DNA of 61,686 nucleotides, filler included, from Squatina squatina (Eukaryota): NCBI GenBank assembly GCA_031763465.1. It is 4 parts of 4 records of this genome, joined end to end, with 100 filler letters (N's around TTAATTAATTAA, not from the genome) between each part and the next. Parts side by side here need not be neighbours in the genome. Positions count along the whole stretch, not along the records: positions 14,192 to 29,534 come from JARFOE010000219.1; positions 29,635 to 45,630 come from JARFOE010000004.1; 2 more parts are not named here. One strand, 5' to 3'. The notes under the pieces were generated by a model that was not told the DNA's origin, did not search any database, and saw only the letters and a program-made list of their open reading frames with translations. This document shows, piece by piece, positions 23,047 through 35,300 of this stretch; the first letter of the stretch is position 1; each line of letters opens with the position of its first letter. Both the position numbers and the translations under genes were made by a program.

Positions 23047-26000
23047 NNNNNNNNNNNNNNNNNNNNNNNNNNNNNNNNNNNNNNNNNNNNNNNNNNNNNN
23101 NNNNNNNNNNNNNNNNNNNNNNNNNNNNNNNNNNNNNNNNNNNNNNAGTGGAGGGTGGCAAGGATGAGGTGATGGGGATATGGGCCTCAGTGCATATAAG
23201 GACAAAGGACACAGAATATTTATTACATGATTTATAATATTGTGAACCTTAATGTTGTTCAGCTTTGTGAACTTTGTAGAAATTAAAATAGCATTAGTTA
23301 CATTACCTTTAATGGAAACAGATTCAGACCAAGTCTTCACACACTTATATTAACACAAGACAGTTGTTGAATTAAGTAGCGATGGGCTATTTAGTCAGCA
23401 TTAATATCCAGGCTATCACCATGCTCAAGAATCTCCAAATAAAACCATTTTGGGGAGGTTATCTATGATCTAAATATAAAACTATTAAACAGCAATTATT
23501 TCTCATTTTTATCTCTTAGAATTGCAGCCGAGGCCAGAAATGAGCTGAGGTCTGAAGCCCAATTTTGAAAAAAACAAAACCCACGACAGGAAGTCCCCTA
23601 TCAACTGGAGAAAACTCATGTTTTAAGGTTGGTGAAGCAACAAAAACTTTCCAGGTGTACTAATAGGTCACAGGTGTTTATATATTTTTTTAAAGAGCCT
23701 GGTATTTGATGAACGGAAGAAAAATGAGGAGTTTGATTAAAGTGCAAAAGAGCATTATACGATTAAGATGACAAAATGTTGTTCTTGGACAGAACAAATG
23801 GATAGCAGATATCCCTATCTTATTCCCATTTTGAGCAACACATCAGATTAAAGCTATGCACTGTTTTGAAATCCCCATAGCTTTCTTCACAAAGACAGTT
23901 GGAAATTCCAAAGTGGTTCCCTCACTGTAGTGTTGAAAGCAATAAGACCAATATTGCAATGATAATCTCACTCTACAATGATAGTTCTAAGGAAAACAAA
24001 GATTAAACATATCTTCTTATGTTAAAACTACAAGTGCTAAATTCCTTTAGATACTTTAGAAAGAATTTTCAATTACATGAAAATCAGGCTGTTTCTATAA
24101 CAGGTGGCCTGTCTACAACACTGCTTTCACGCACAGGCAGCAAGTTGTAAATCTACTCCATAATTGGGTATTCATAGCTGTGGGGAATAGGCAAAGCCAG
24201 TTTGGAGGCTATTCATTTAGATATACCCAAGACAGTTCAAGTAGGAGTCACGGCAGGTAGCAGACAAATAAATTATGAACTGTTTTCCTTGCACTAGAAT
24301 TCACAGCAGGCACTGTTGATAAGTAGTGAATCTGGCACACTATCCAGACATGACTCATGATCCAGAACACACTGCATACAGATCGATCTACCTAGAGCCA
24401 CTCGGTTTGGCCACACACAACTCACTGCACTGCAGTATCCATAAATCATCAAGGCAAAAAAAACAAATGAACTNNNNNNNNNNNNNNNNNNNNNNNNNNN
24501 NNNNNNNNNNNNNNNNNNNNNNNNNNNNNNNNNNNNNNNNNNNNNNNNNNNNNNNNNNNNNNNNNNNNNNNNNGCTAACAACATCGGTCCAAAACTGCAT
24601 GATCTGCTGAGATTAATTTTACCCAACACAATAGTTTCCCAGACCCTCAGAGGAATTTCAGCTCCTCTCAACAAAGTAATACTAATTAGTGTTTGAACCG
24701 TGTGTGGAGTTTTCTTTTGACAGATACCATAAAATGCTTTGACTGAATCATCCACATGCAGCTTTCACTTGAATTTGGAGATAAAAGATGTTAGTTACAT
24801 TGCTAGTGACTAGTTGGAAATTTGCCATTATTTTTTGCTAAACACTCAGCACAATAGCTCTAACTGATGTCAGATAAGAAGAATTTTCCTCCCCTGGAGT
24901 CACACATTCTAATGGCCAGGCTCAAAGATGCCCAGCTCAAAAACGACTTCCCTGATTCATGCTGACATTAAATGAAGCGACAGCAGTAAATTACTTACTT
25001 CCTGTTCCCACTGCCAACCTGATACCTGTAGTTATATTCACTCTGAGAATAATAACTATGCTCCTTGCTCACAATGCTCCCAACAATAAATAGTTAGGAG
25101 ATGACGATGGAGTAAGCCATGTATTTTCATGGTGACTTGTGCAGAAGTAACATTGTGTGATGGATCACGTGAGGCTTATGTACTTGGCAGTAACTACATG
25201 AGTGTAGAGCTGCCTGGGACCAGGTAAATAATTTAACAAATCCCCAAAAGTGAAAGGTAAGAGTATTTACATAAAACCACCACACTTTACTGATACTTTA
25301 AAGTGAATTTTAAGCATATATCATCTGTTTCTCAACCGTAGTGCACACTCCACTGTAAATAATTCAACTTGAAAATTTAAAAAAATTTCCGTCAGCAAAC
25401 ACTTTTATTATAGCTCCAGTTTTTCAGAGATTTAACTCCAGGAGGGTGTTGGGTAAATTAATTTTTTTAATTGCAAAGCATCTCTCTAAACCAACAGCAC
25501 TTTCTACTTAAATCTTAGGAGCCACCTTTACAGCATAACTTTACAGTATTCATTTTAATTATAGAGCTTTATACAAATTTTTGCATAGGCTTCTCAAGCA
25601 TCCCTGTATGAGAATTAAATTCTCAGTGTATTTATCTGATTTACATCTCAGAATCCTAAACCGCCTGGCTTTGCTGCTGGGAAATAGGGGGAAGGCGCAA
25701 AAAAGTGGGGACATGGCAGTTCAAATCCCCAAGCACTTTTCACCTCCACCCGCCAAAAAGCTGTCAAAACTTCAGCAGGGGATTGGCGGAATGTCTAGGC
25801 CACTGCTTCTAAGGGGTAACTTTATTATTTTAAATTATCTGCCAAAGGAAGATGCCACAATCCCAGGAATAATAACCTGAGAACTCAGTTTATAGTGACC
25901 ATTAAATTATATGGAAGAGAGATGCCACACAACTGTCTAAAAGGGCAGGGTTCATTGACATCAAAGTGTCTTCATGCTGGGCATTTGAAAATGACCTTTA

Positions 26001-26169
26001 AAACTCACTCCTAATGTAACTGAAGATTGCAACTTAATCCCCCGCATTTTGGTTCAAAAGAAAGAACGACGGCCCAAAGCTATTCCTTAATTGTGAATTA
26101 TCTTTCATGCTTTACGAAGTATGTAGAGCTAGTGTGCTCCATTCACTGATTCATCAGTGCTACCATAAT

Positions 26170-26391
26170 AGAAACATAGAAAATAGGAGCAGGAGTAGGC
26201 CATTCAGCCCTTTGAGCCTGCTCCACTATTCAATATGATCATGGCTGATCATCCAAATTCAGTACACTGTTCCTGCTTTCTCCCCATATCCCTTGGTCTC
26301 TTTAGCCATAAGTGCTATATCTAACTCCTTCTTGAATATATTTAATGATTTGGCCTCAACTGCCATCTGTGGTAGAGAATTCCACAGGTTC
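26170..26391 (-). mobile_element. CR1 LINE 3' end
   Basis: NLWNSLPQMAVEAKSLNIFKKELD and the tail agaaacatagaaaataggagcaggagtaggccatt. Confidence 0.9.
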
Positions 26392-28039
26392 NNNNNNNNN
26401 NNNNNNNNNNNNNNNNNNNNNNNNNNNNNNNNNNNNNNNNNNNNNNNNNNNNNNNNNNNNNNNNNNNNNNNNNNNNNNNNNNNNNNNNNNNAGTTGAATC
26501 CAAGTCTAAACTTTGAGTTCCATGATTGCTTCATGCTATAAAGGTGAAGTTCAGATCATAAAAAGTCCTAAATACCTCTTTAGTAGTCGAAGTTTGAAAT
26601 GTGCAACATTTATCCACAACCAACAATGCTAAATTAATATCCATGTTTGTTAGGTACATTTCCCGTTCTTTGCAGTTATCAGCCTCACATAATGAGTACC
26701 AGTGAATTTTTATTCTATACAAGTGCAATATTCACATCGGGTAGCAGAGGCACAACATAACTCCAAAATAGATTGAAATTCTGAAGCTTCTGGAGGCTCA
26801 CTGCTGCGGCAGAAAGGGCTTCATACCTAATGGATTGTTAAAGAGAAAATACATGGACTCATTTATTTATCAGCACTGAAAGGAATCTGTCCTTTTCCTG
26901 GTGTTTGTTCTGGATAAAGCCTAAATCTCAGCTAAACATGTCTTGCTATAAATCAGTAGCATCGATTGTCACTCTAGTGTGAAACATTTGGACATTCAAA
27001 GTATTTCTGCAAACAAAGAAAGGCCCGGCATGTCGAGAAAAAAACACATTTGGGAAGCTATGCTGCACTTGTGCTTGTATAATCACTCATACACAACGAA
27101 GGCTCTGCCTTTCCATGAAATCTCTGATAGTGAAAAGAGGGAAAATGTTAGGCTATAGAACTAGCACCTGCAGTCCCCTCCTTACTCTCTCACACAAACA
27201 CATTTTGTTATGCATGTGAATTTACACATACTTAGATTCATCATCAAAATGTTCCACTCCCTATGTCTCCAACTACTTCATGATCAGTGGCCCATGAGAC
27301 ACCACGGACAGGCAGGGGGTTATTCTGTCCCTTCCTCTTGTGCTCAGCATGGGAATGGTCAAGCTTTAATTCCTTTGCAGCAGTCTTTCAGTCTGTTGCC
27401 AGGCACTGCCTTTAGCAGCATAAACAGATGTACAATTAGCTTTGTTATGTTTCTTACTCAAGAGTTGTCCTANNNNNNNNNNNNNNNNNNNNNNNNNNNN
27501 NNNNNNNNNNNNNNNNNNNNNNNNNNNNNNNNNNNNNNNNNNNNNNNNNNNNNNNNNNNNNNNNNNNNNNNNTTTAATGCTTACCTTAACAATACTGATT
27601 TCAAGAAGTCAACCACTTCTTTTAGTTAAGGGTATTAACACAATAAAGTGAAGTTCAGGCTTTTTAGAAAGAAACTCCATTTACAATAGATTAAAATAAA
27701 GACAAATCTAATTTGATTTGGTGCAAACAGATCCATTTTGAAATTCAATCAGTCATGGTAAATCAGACCTAGGTGGATTGAACTGTTTCCCAGAACATAA
27801 TTATGTAGACTGCCCCGTCCAGCTAGAATGATCCTTCTATTCACACAGCAGCTATGCAGATTGATTTTAGTTGAAATCAATTGGCATAAAACAAGATTTG
27901 TAGCCCAAGTACAGTCTCCTGAACCCAATCAGCCTGACTTATGCCTATTTCTCACTGCAGTACTTGCTACCTGGTTACGACATAGAGAGATCAAATGGTG
28001 CTGGACTTATTTCTGTAGGTAAATTAATGCGAAAATTAA

Positions 28040-29073
28040 GGGGGCCCAATTGGTCTGCTGCCACGCCCGGTTAGCACTGAACAGCGGCACTACCCGGGTG
28101 CGAAAGCGGCGTACAGCAAAAATTTTGCATTTGACCAATTGGGCCTGGCACCTTTAAGGCCTTGTTGCCGGGGACGCCTTTGGTGCCGGGGTAAGACACG
28201 CAACGTCATCAAGTCATGCGCCGACCCCTCTACGCCAGCCCATGACCCCCCTCTGCATTGCTGGTGAGCCACCTCCGGAATTGGAGGGCAGCTGACCGGC
28301 AAGGCCCTAGGGTTTATCTGCCCTTGTCAAGGTGGGTTAAAGACGCGGGGACTGTGCCACCGACCGCCATGTTTTTGCATCAGCCGACTTCATTGTCGGC
28401 TGCTGTCTGGCGGCCGATCAGACCTCATCGCCGCTGGACACATTTGCTGGCATGCTCTCTAGCGTGCCGGCATTTTTCACCGCCCGGACCCGGGTCCCGG
28501 GTAGTCAAGCGGCGCTGGACTGCCCTGCATTTAACCAGCCTGCGGCCCTTCCCTTTAAGGCAGGGGGCGGGTCCGTGGNNNNNNNNNNNNNNNNNNNNNN
28601 NNNNNNNNNNNNNNNNNNNNNNNNNNNNNNNNNNNNNNNNNNNNNNNNNNNNNNNNNNNNNNNNNNNNNNNNNNNNNNGTTTTTGTATCAGATGTCTGGC
28701 GGCCAATCGGCACTGACCCCATTTGCCAGCACGCTCTCTGGCGTGCCGGCATTTCTCGCCGCCTGGACCCAGCTCCCTGGTGGTCTAACGGTGCTGGGCT
28801 GGCTTCCCTTACCTCAGCCTGCGGCCCTCCCCTTTAAGGCAGGGGGCGTGGTGGCAGCTGACACAGGTGCGCTGACCTCGGCAGTGTGGCACCAGCCACG
28901 CTGCCGATGCAACCCGGCAGTGCTGTTGCATTGGCCGGGTCAGCACCGGGTCAACGCCGTGGTGACTAAGTCCCCAATTCCGGGTCAGTGACGCTCACTG
29001 CCGGCGAGGCACCCCCGCGGCGAGTGGACCCCAAATGCAGCGCCCAGTTTGCGCACTGTCCAATTGGGTCCCT
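28040..29073. mobile_element. GC-rich MITE(s), possibly PIF/Harbinger-like
   Basis: Imperfect 14-bp TIRs gggggcccaattgg / ccaattgggtccct flanked by TAA and TAG. A ~150-bp internal segment is repeated on each side of the gap. Confidence 0.6.
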
Positions 29074-29534
29074 TAGGAGCTCTGACATGAGAATATGGAG
29101 TTGCTGCCAAAGTGAAGATTGTTGAAGGGATACTGAAACCCAGAAGCCTGAAGCAGCAGACTGTTGACTCAGTTATTTCAGTACTACTTGAAGTATCATA
29201 GTAGCGTTCTTTTACACATCAGTGTCACACTTCAGTTATCACATACAATAATTAAGATACTGTACCAAAGGCTAAGCTCACAAGTATAATTAAACGGTAA
29301 ATTGAGGGAGAAGTGCTTATTAGACAAGCACAGTACAGTGGTTCACATATTAACAATGTAACATGTGCACAACGCAAATGTCTTGTCAAAAAAGCTAAAA
29401 GGATTATAAACAAAATGGCATCAGGTTACAGTGGGCTTTACCCACAGTTTTAATGAGATGGCGCATAGCAATAGTAGTTTTTCTTTGTGATGTTAGATTC
29501 CACAGTGAACAGACCAATTTAGGCTGGCTTTATT

Positions 29535-29634
29535 NNNNNNNNNNNNNNNNNNNNNNNNNNNNNNNNNNNNNNNNNNNNTTAATTAATTAANNNNNNNNNN
29601 NNNNNNNNNNNNNNNNNNNNNNNNNNNNNNNNNN
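29535..29634. other. Artificial join spacer
   Basis: TTAATTAATTAA at 29579-29590 within Ns. Confidence 0.95.
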
Positions 29635-31213
29635 GGCACTTGGTCTAGACAGGGAAAGGAGACTAGCACTGAATCTAGACAGGGACCAGAGGCTGGCACT
29701 TGGTCCACACAAGGAAGAGGCACTGGCTCCGTGTCTAGACAGGGTGCAGAGACCGGCACTGGGTATAGACAGGGAACAGAGTCTGGCACCGGGTCTAGAC
29801 AGGGAACAGAGGCAGGCACTGTCTAGACAGGGAACAGAGTCTGGCACCAGGCAGAGACAGGGAATAGGGACTGGCACTACGTCTAGTGATGGAACAGAGT
29901 CTGGCACCGGGTCGAGACAAGGAACAGATTCAGTCACAGCGTCTAGACAGGGAGCAGAGGCAGGCACTGTGTCTAGACAGGGATCAGAGTCTGGCACTGA
30001 TTCTCGACAGGGAACAGAGACTGACACTTGGTGCAGACAGGGAACAGAGACTGGCAGTGAGTCTAGACAAGGAACAGAGACTGGCACTGGGTCTACACAG
30101 GGAACAGAGACTGGCACAGCATCTAGACAGGGAACAAAGACTGGCACCATGTCTAGACAGGGAACAGAGACTGGCACTGAGTCTAGACAGGGTTCAGAGC
30201 CTGGCACCGCGTCTAGACAGGGAACAGAGACTGGCACTAGGTCTAGACAGGGAACAGAGGCTGGCACAGCATCTAGACTGGGAACCGAGACTGGCACTAA
30301 GTCTAGACAGGGAACAAAGACTGGCACCGGGTCTAGACAGGGATCAGAGTCTGGCACCCTGTCTAGACAGGGAACAGAGAATGACACTTGGTGCAGACAG
30401 GGAACAGAGACTGGCACCCTGTCTAGACAGGGAACAGAGAATGACACTTGGTGCAGACAGGGACCAGAGACTGGCACTAAGTCTAGACGGGGAACAGAGA
30501 CCAGCACCGAGTCTATACCTGGATCAGAGACTGGCACTGAGTCTAGACAGGGAACAGAGCCTGGCACCGCGTCTAGACAGGGAACAGAGACTGGCACTGA
30601 GTCTAGACAGGGAACAGAGCCTGGCACCGCGTCTAGACAGGGAACAGAGACTGGCACTAGGTCTAGACAGGGAACAGAGCCTGGCACAGCATCTAGACAG
30701 GGAACCGAGACTGGCACTAAGTCTAGACAGGGAACAAAGACTGGCACCGGGTCCAGACAGGGTTCAGAGTCTGGCACCATGTCTAGACAGGGAACAGAGA
30801 ATGACACTTGGTGCAGACAGGGAACAGAGACTGGCACTGTGTCTAGACCGGGAACAGAGCCGGGCACCGGGTGTAGACAGGGACCAGAGACTGGCACTAA
30901 GTCTAGACGGGGAACAGAGACCAGCACCGAGTCTAAACCTGGATCAGAGACTGGTATCATGTCTAGACCTGGATCAGAGACTGGTATCGTGTCCATACAG
31001 GGAACAGAGCCTGGCACTGAGTCTAGACAGGGAACAGAGCCTGGCACCAGGTCTAGACAGGGAACAGAGACTGGCACGAGGTCTAGACAGGGAACAGATC
31101 CTGGCACCGCATCTAGACAGGGAACCGAGACTGGCACTAAGTGTAGACAGGGAACAAAGACTGGCACCGGGTCTGGACAGGGATCAGAGTCTGGCACCAT
31201 GTCTAGACAGGGA
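29635..31213. repeat. 30-bp minisatellite, ~52 copies, with 420-bp higher-order structure
   Basis: Unit gtctagacagggaacagagactggcac(t/c)nn stays in register across the array. Confidence 0.97.
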
Positions 31214-31313
31214 NNNNNNNNNNNNNNNNNNNNNNNNNNNNNNNNNNNNNNNNNNNNNNNNNNNNNNNNNNNNNNNNNNNNNNNNNNNNNNNNNNNNNNN
31301 NNNNNNNNNNNNN

Positions 31314-32213
31314 GTGTCTCACTCCTTGTGTCTCTCCCTGTGTCTCACTCCCCGTGTCTCACTCCCCGTGTCTCACTCCTTGTGTCTCTCACCGTGTCTC
31401 ACTCCTTGTGTCTCTCACTGTGTCTCACTCCCCATGTCTCACTCTGTGTCTCACTCCCCGTGTCTCTTTGTGTGTCTCTCCCTGTGTCTCACTCTTTGTG
31501 TCTCACTCCCCATGTCTCTCCTTGTGTCTCACTCCCCATGTCTCACTCCTTGTGTCTCACTCCTTGTGTCTCTCCCCGTGTCTCACTCTTTGTGTCTCAC
31601 TCCTTGTCTCACTCCCCGTGTCTCTCACTCCTTGTCTCTCCCCGTGTCTCACTCCCCATGTCTCACTCCTTGTGTCTCTCCCTGTGTGTCTCTCCCTGTG
31701 TCTCACTCCCCGTGTCTCACTCCCCATGTCTCACTCTTTGTGTCTCACTCCCTGTGTCTCTTTGTGTGTCTCTCCCTGTGTCTCACTCTTTGTGTCTCAC
31801 TCCCCATGTCTCTCCTTGTGTCTCTCTCCCCGTGTCTCTCCCTGTGTCTCATTCTTTGTGTCTCCCGTGTCTCCCCTGTCTCTCTCTCCTTGTGTCTCTC
31901 CCCATGTCTCACTCTTTGTGTCTCACTCCTTGTGTCTCTCCCTGTGTCTCACTCCTTGTGTCTCTCCGTGTCTCACTCCCCATGTCTCACTCCCCATGTC
32001 TCACTCCTTGTGTCTCTCCCCGTGTCTCACTCCCCGTGTCTCACTCCTTGTGTCTCACTCCTTGTGTCTCACTCCTTGTGTCTCTCACTGTGTCTCACTC
32101 CCCATGTCTCACTTTTGTGTCTCACTCCCCGTGTCCCTTTGTGTGTCTCTCCCTGTGTCTCACTCTTTGTGTCTCACTCCCCATGTCTCTCCTTGTGTCT
32201 CTCTCCCCGTGTC
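31314..32213. repeat. Pyrimidine-rich tandem repeat, ~14-16-bp units (gtgtctcactcc...)
   Basis: Continuous array of tgtctcactccccg / tgtctcactccttg variants. Confidence 0.95.
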
Positions 32214-32313
32214 NNNNNNNNNNNNNNNNNNNNNNNNNNNNNNNNNNNNNNNNNNNNNNNNNNNNNNNNNNNNNNNNNNNNNNNNNNNNNNNNNNNNNNN
32301 NNNNNNNNNNNNN

Positions 32314-35300
32314 ACTTTCTCCCTCCCTTTCTCCCTGCCTTTCTCTTGGCAATTCTCCCTGCCTTTCTCTCAGCCTTTGTCCCTCACTTTCTCCCTACCA
32401 TTCTCTCTGCTTTCATCTCTGCCTTTCTCCCGGCCTTTCTCTTTGCATTTCTCTCTGCCTTTCTCCCTGCCTTTCTCTCGGCCTTTCCCTTGGCCTTTCA
32501 CTCTGCTCTTTCTCCCGGCCTTTCTCTCTGCTTTGCTGCCTGCCTTTCTCTCAGCCTTTGTCCCTGACTTTCTCTCAGCCTTTCTCCCTGCCTTTCTCCC
32601 TGCCATTCTCCCTGCCATTCTCCCTGCCATTCTCCCTGCCATTCTCCCTGCCATTCTCCCTGCCATTCTTCCTGCCATTCTCCCTGCCTTTCTCTCAGCC
32701 TTTCACTTTGCATTTCTCTCTGCCTTTCCCTCTGCCTTTTTCTCTGCCTTTCTCTCAGACGTTGTCTTGGCCTTTCTCCTTGCCTCCTCTCTGCTTTCCT
32801 CTCTGTCTTTCTCTCGGCAATTCTCCCTGCCTTTCTCTTGACCTTTGTCCCTCACTTTCTCCGTGCCTTTCTCCCGGCCTTTCTCTCTGCCTTTCTCCCG
32901 GCCCTTCTCTCGGCCATTCTCCCTGCCTTTCTCCCGGCATTCCTCCCTGCCTTTCTCTGGGCAATACTCCCTGCCTCTCGCTCAGCCTTTGTCCTCACGT
33001 TCTCCATGCCTTTCTCCCTCCTTTCTTTCAGCCTTTCTCTTTGCATTTCCCCCTGCCTTTCGCCCTGCCTTTCTCCCTGCCTTTCTCGTGGCAATTCTCC
33101 CTGCCTTTCTCTCAGCCTTTGTCCCTCACGTTCTCCATGCCTTTCTCCCTCCTTTCTTTCAGCCTTTCTCCCTGCCTTTCCCTCTGCCTTTCCGTCTACC
33201 TTTCTCTCAGACTTTCTCCCTGCCTTTCTCTTGGCCTTTCCCATGGCCTTTCTCTCTGCTCTTCCTCCCGGCCTTTCTCTCTGCTTTGCTCCCTGCCTTT
33301 CTCTCAGCCTTTGTCCCTGACTTTTTCCCTACCTTTCTCTCAACCTTTGTCCCTGAATTTCTCTCAGAAATTCTCCCTGCCTTTCTTTCGGACTTTCTCC
33401 CTGCATTTCTCTCTGCCTTTCTCCTGGCCTTTCTCTCTGCCTTTCTCCCTGCATTTCTCTCCATCTTTCTTTCTGCATTTCTCCGTGCCTTTCTCCCTGT
33501 TTTTCTTCCAGCCTTTCTCCATGTCTTTCTCTCTGCATTTCTCTCCATCTTTCTTTCTGCATTTCTCCCTGCCTTTCTCTCGGCAATTCTCCCTGACTTT
33601 CTCTCAGCCTTTGTCCCTCACGTTCTCCATGCCTTTCTCCATGCCGTCCTCCCTGCCTTTCAATCGGCAATTCTCCTTGCCTTTCTCTCAGCCATTGTCC
33701 CTCACTTTCTCCCTGCCATTCTCTTGGCAATTCTCCCTGCCTTTCTCTCAGCCTTTGTCCTCACTTTCTCCCTGCCTTTCTCCTTGCCATTCTCTCGGCA
33801 ATTCTCCCTGCATTTCTCCCTGCCTTTCTCACTGCCATTCTCTCGGAAATCCTCCATGCCTTTCTCTCGGCAATCCCCCTGACTTTCTCTCAGACTTTGT
33901 CCCTCACTTTCTCCCTGCCTTTCTCCCAGACTATCTCCGTCAATTTCTCCGTGCCTTTACCCCTTCTTTCTTTCAGCATTTCTCTTTGCATTTGTCTCCG
34001 ACTTTGGCCCTTACATTTCTCCCTGCCTTTCTCTCGGCAATTCTCCCTGACTTCCTCTCAGCCTTTGTCCCTCACTTTCTCTTTGCCTTTGTCCCTCACT
34101 TTGTACCTGACTTTCTCCCTGTGTTTCGCTCGGCAATTCTCCCTGCCTTTCTTTCAGCCTTTCTCTCTGCCTTTCTCCCTGCCTTTCTCCTTGCATTTCT
34201 GTCTGCCTTTCTCCTGGCCTTTCTCTCTGCATTTCCCCCGGCCTTTCTCTCAGCAATTCTCCCTGCCTTGCTTTCAGCCTTTCTATTTGCATTTTTTTCT
34301 GTCTTTCTCTTTGCCATTCTCTCTGCCTTTCTCCCTGCCTTTCTCCGTGCCTTCCTCCCTGCCTTTCTCTCTGCCTTTCACTCGGCAATTCTCCCAACCT
34401 TTCTCTCAGCCATTGTCCCTCATTTTCTCCCTGCCTTTCTACTGGCATTCCTCCCTGCCTTTCTCTCGGCAATTCTCCCTGCCTTTCTCTCAGCCTTTGT
34501 CCCTCACTTTCTCCGTGCCTTTCCCCCTGCCTTTCGTCGATTCCTTTCTCTCTGCCTTTCTCTCGGCAATTCTCCCTGCCTTTCTCACTGCCATTCTCTC
34601 GGAAATCCTCCCTGCCTTTCTCTCGGCAATCCCCCTGACTTTCTCCCTGCCTTTGTCCCTGCCTTTCTCCCTTCTTTTCTCCATGTATTTCTCCCTGCCT
34701 TTCTCTCGGCAATTCTCCCTGCATTTCTCTCAGCCTTTGTCCCTCACTTTCTCCCTGCCTTTCTCCCAGCCTATCTCCCTCAATTTCTCCGTGCCTTTAC
34801 CCCTTCTTTCTTTCAGCGTTTCTCTTTGCATTTGTCTCTGTCTTTCTCCCTGCCTTTCTCTCAGCAATTCTCCCTGACTTTCTCTCAGCCTTTGTCCCTC
34901 ACTTTCTCCGTGCCTTTCTCCCTGCCTTTCTTCGATTCCTTCCTCTCTGACTTTCTCCCTGTCTTTCTCTCTGCCTTTCTCTTGGCAATTCTCCCTGCCT
35001 TTCTCTCATCCTTTGTCCCTCACGTTCTCCGTGCCTTTCTCCCTGTCTTTCTCTCTGCCTTTCTCCCAGCCTTCCTCTCTGCCTTTCTCCCAGCCTTCCT
35101 CTCTTCCTTTCTCTGGGCCTTTCTCTCTACCTTTCTCCAAGCCTTTGTCCCTCACTTTCTCCTTGCCTTTGTCCCTTACTTTGTCCCTTCCTTTCTCCCT
35201 GCCTTTCCCTTGGCATTTTTCACTGCTCTTTCTCCCCACCTTTCTCTCTGCTTTGCTCCCTGCCTTTCTCTCAGCCTTTGTCCCTGACTTTCTCCCTGCC

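Noticed and set aside
22019-23630. Exon-like plus-strand stretches (AEKHDTLLK..., IAAEARNELR...) and a search for FSIP1 downstream of THBS1
   Set aside because: No recognisable homology; splice-like signals alone are insufficient.
29635-31213. CRISPR-like array
   Set aside because: Head-to-tail 30-mers with no unique spacers, no cas genes, and a vertebrate context.
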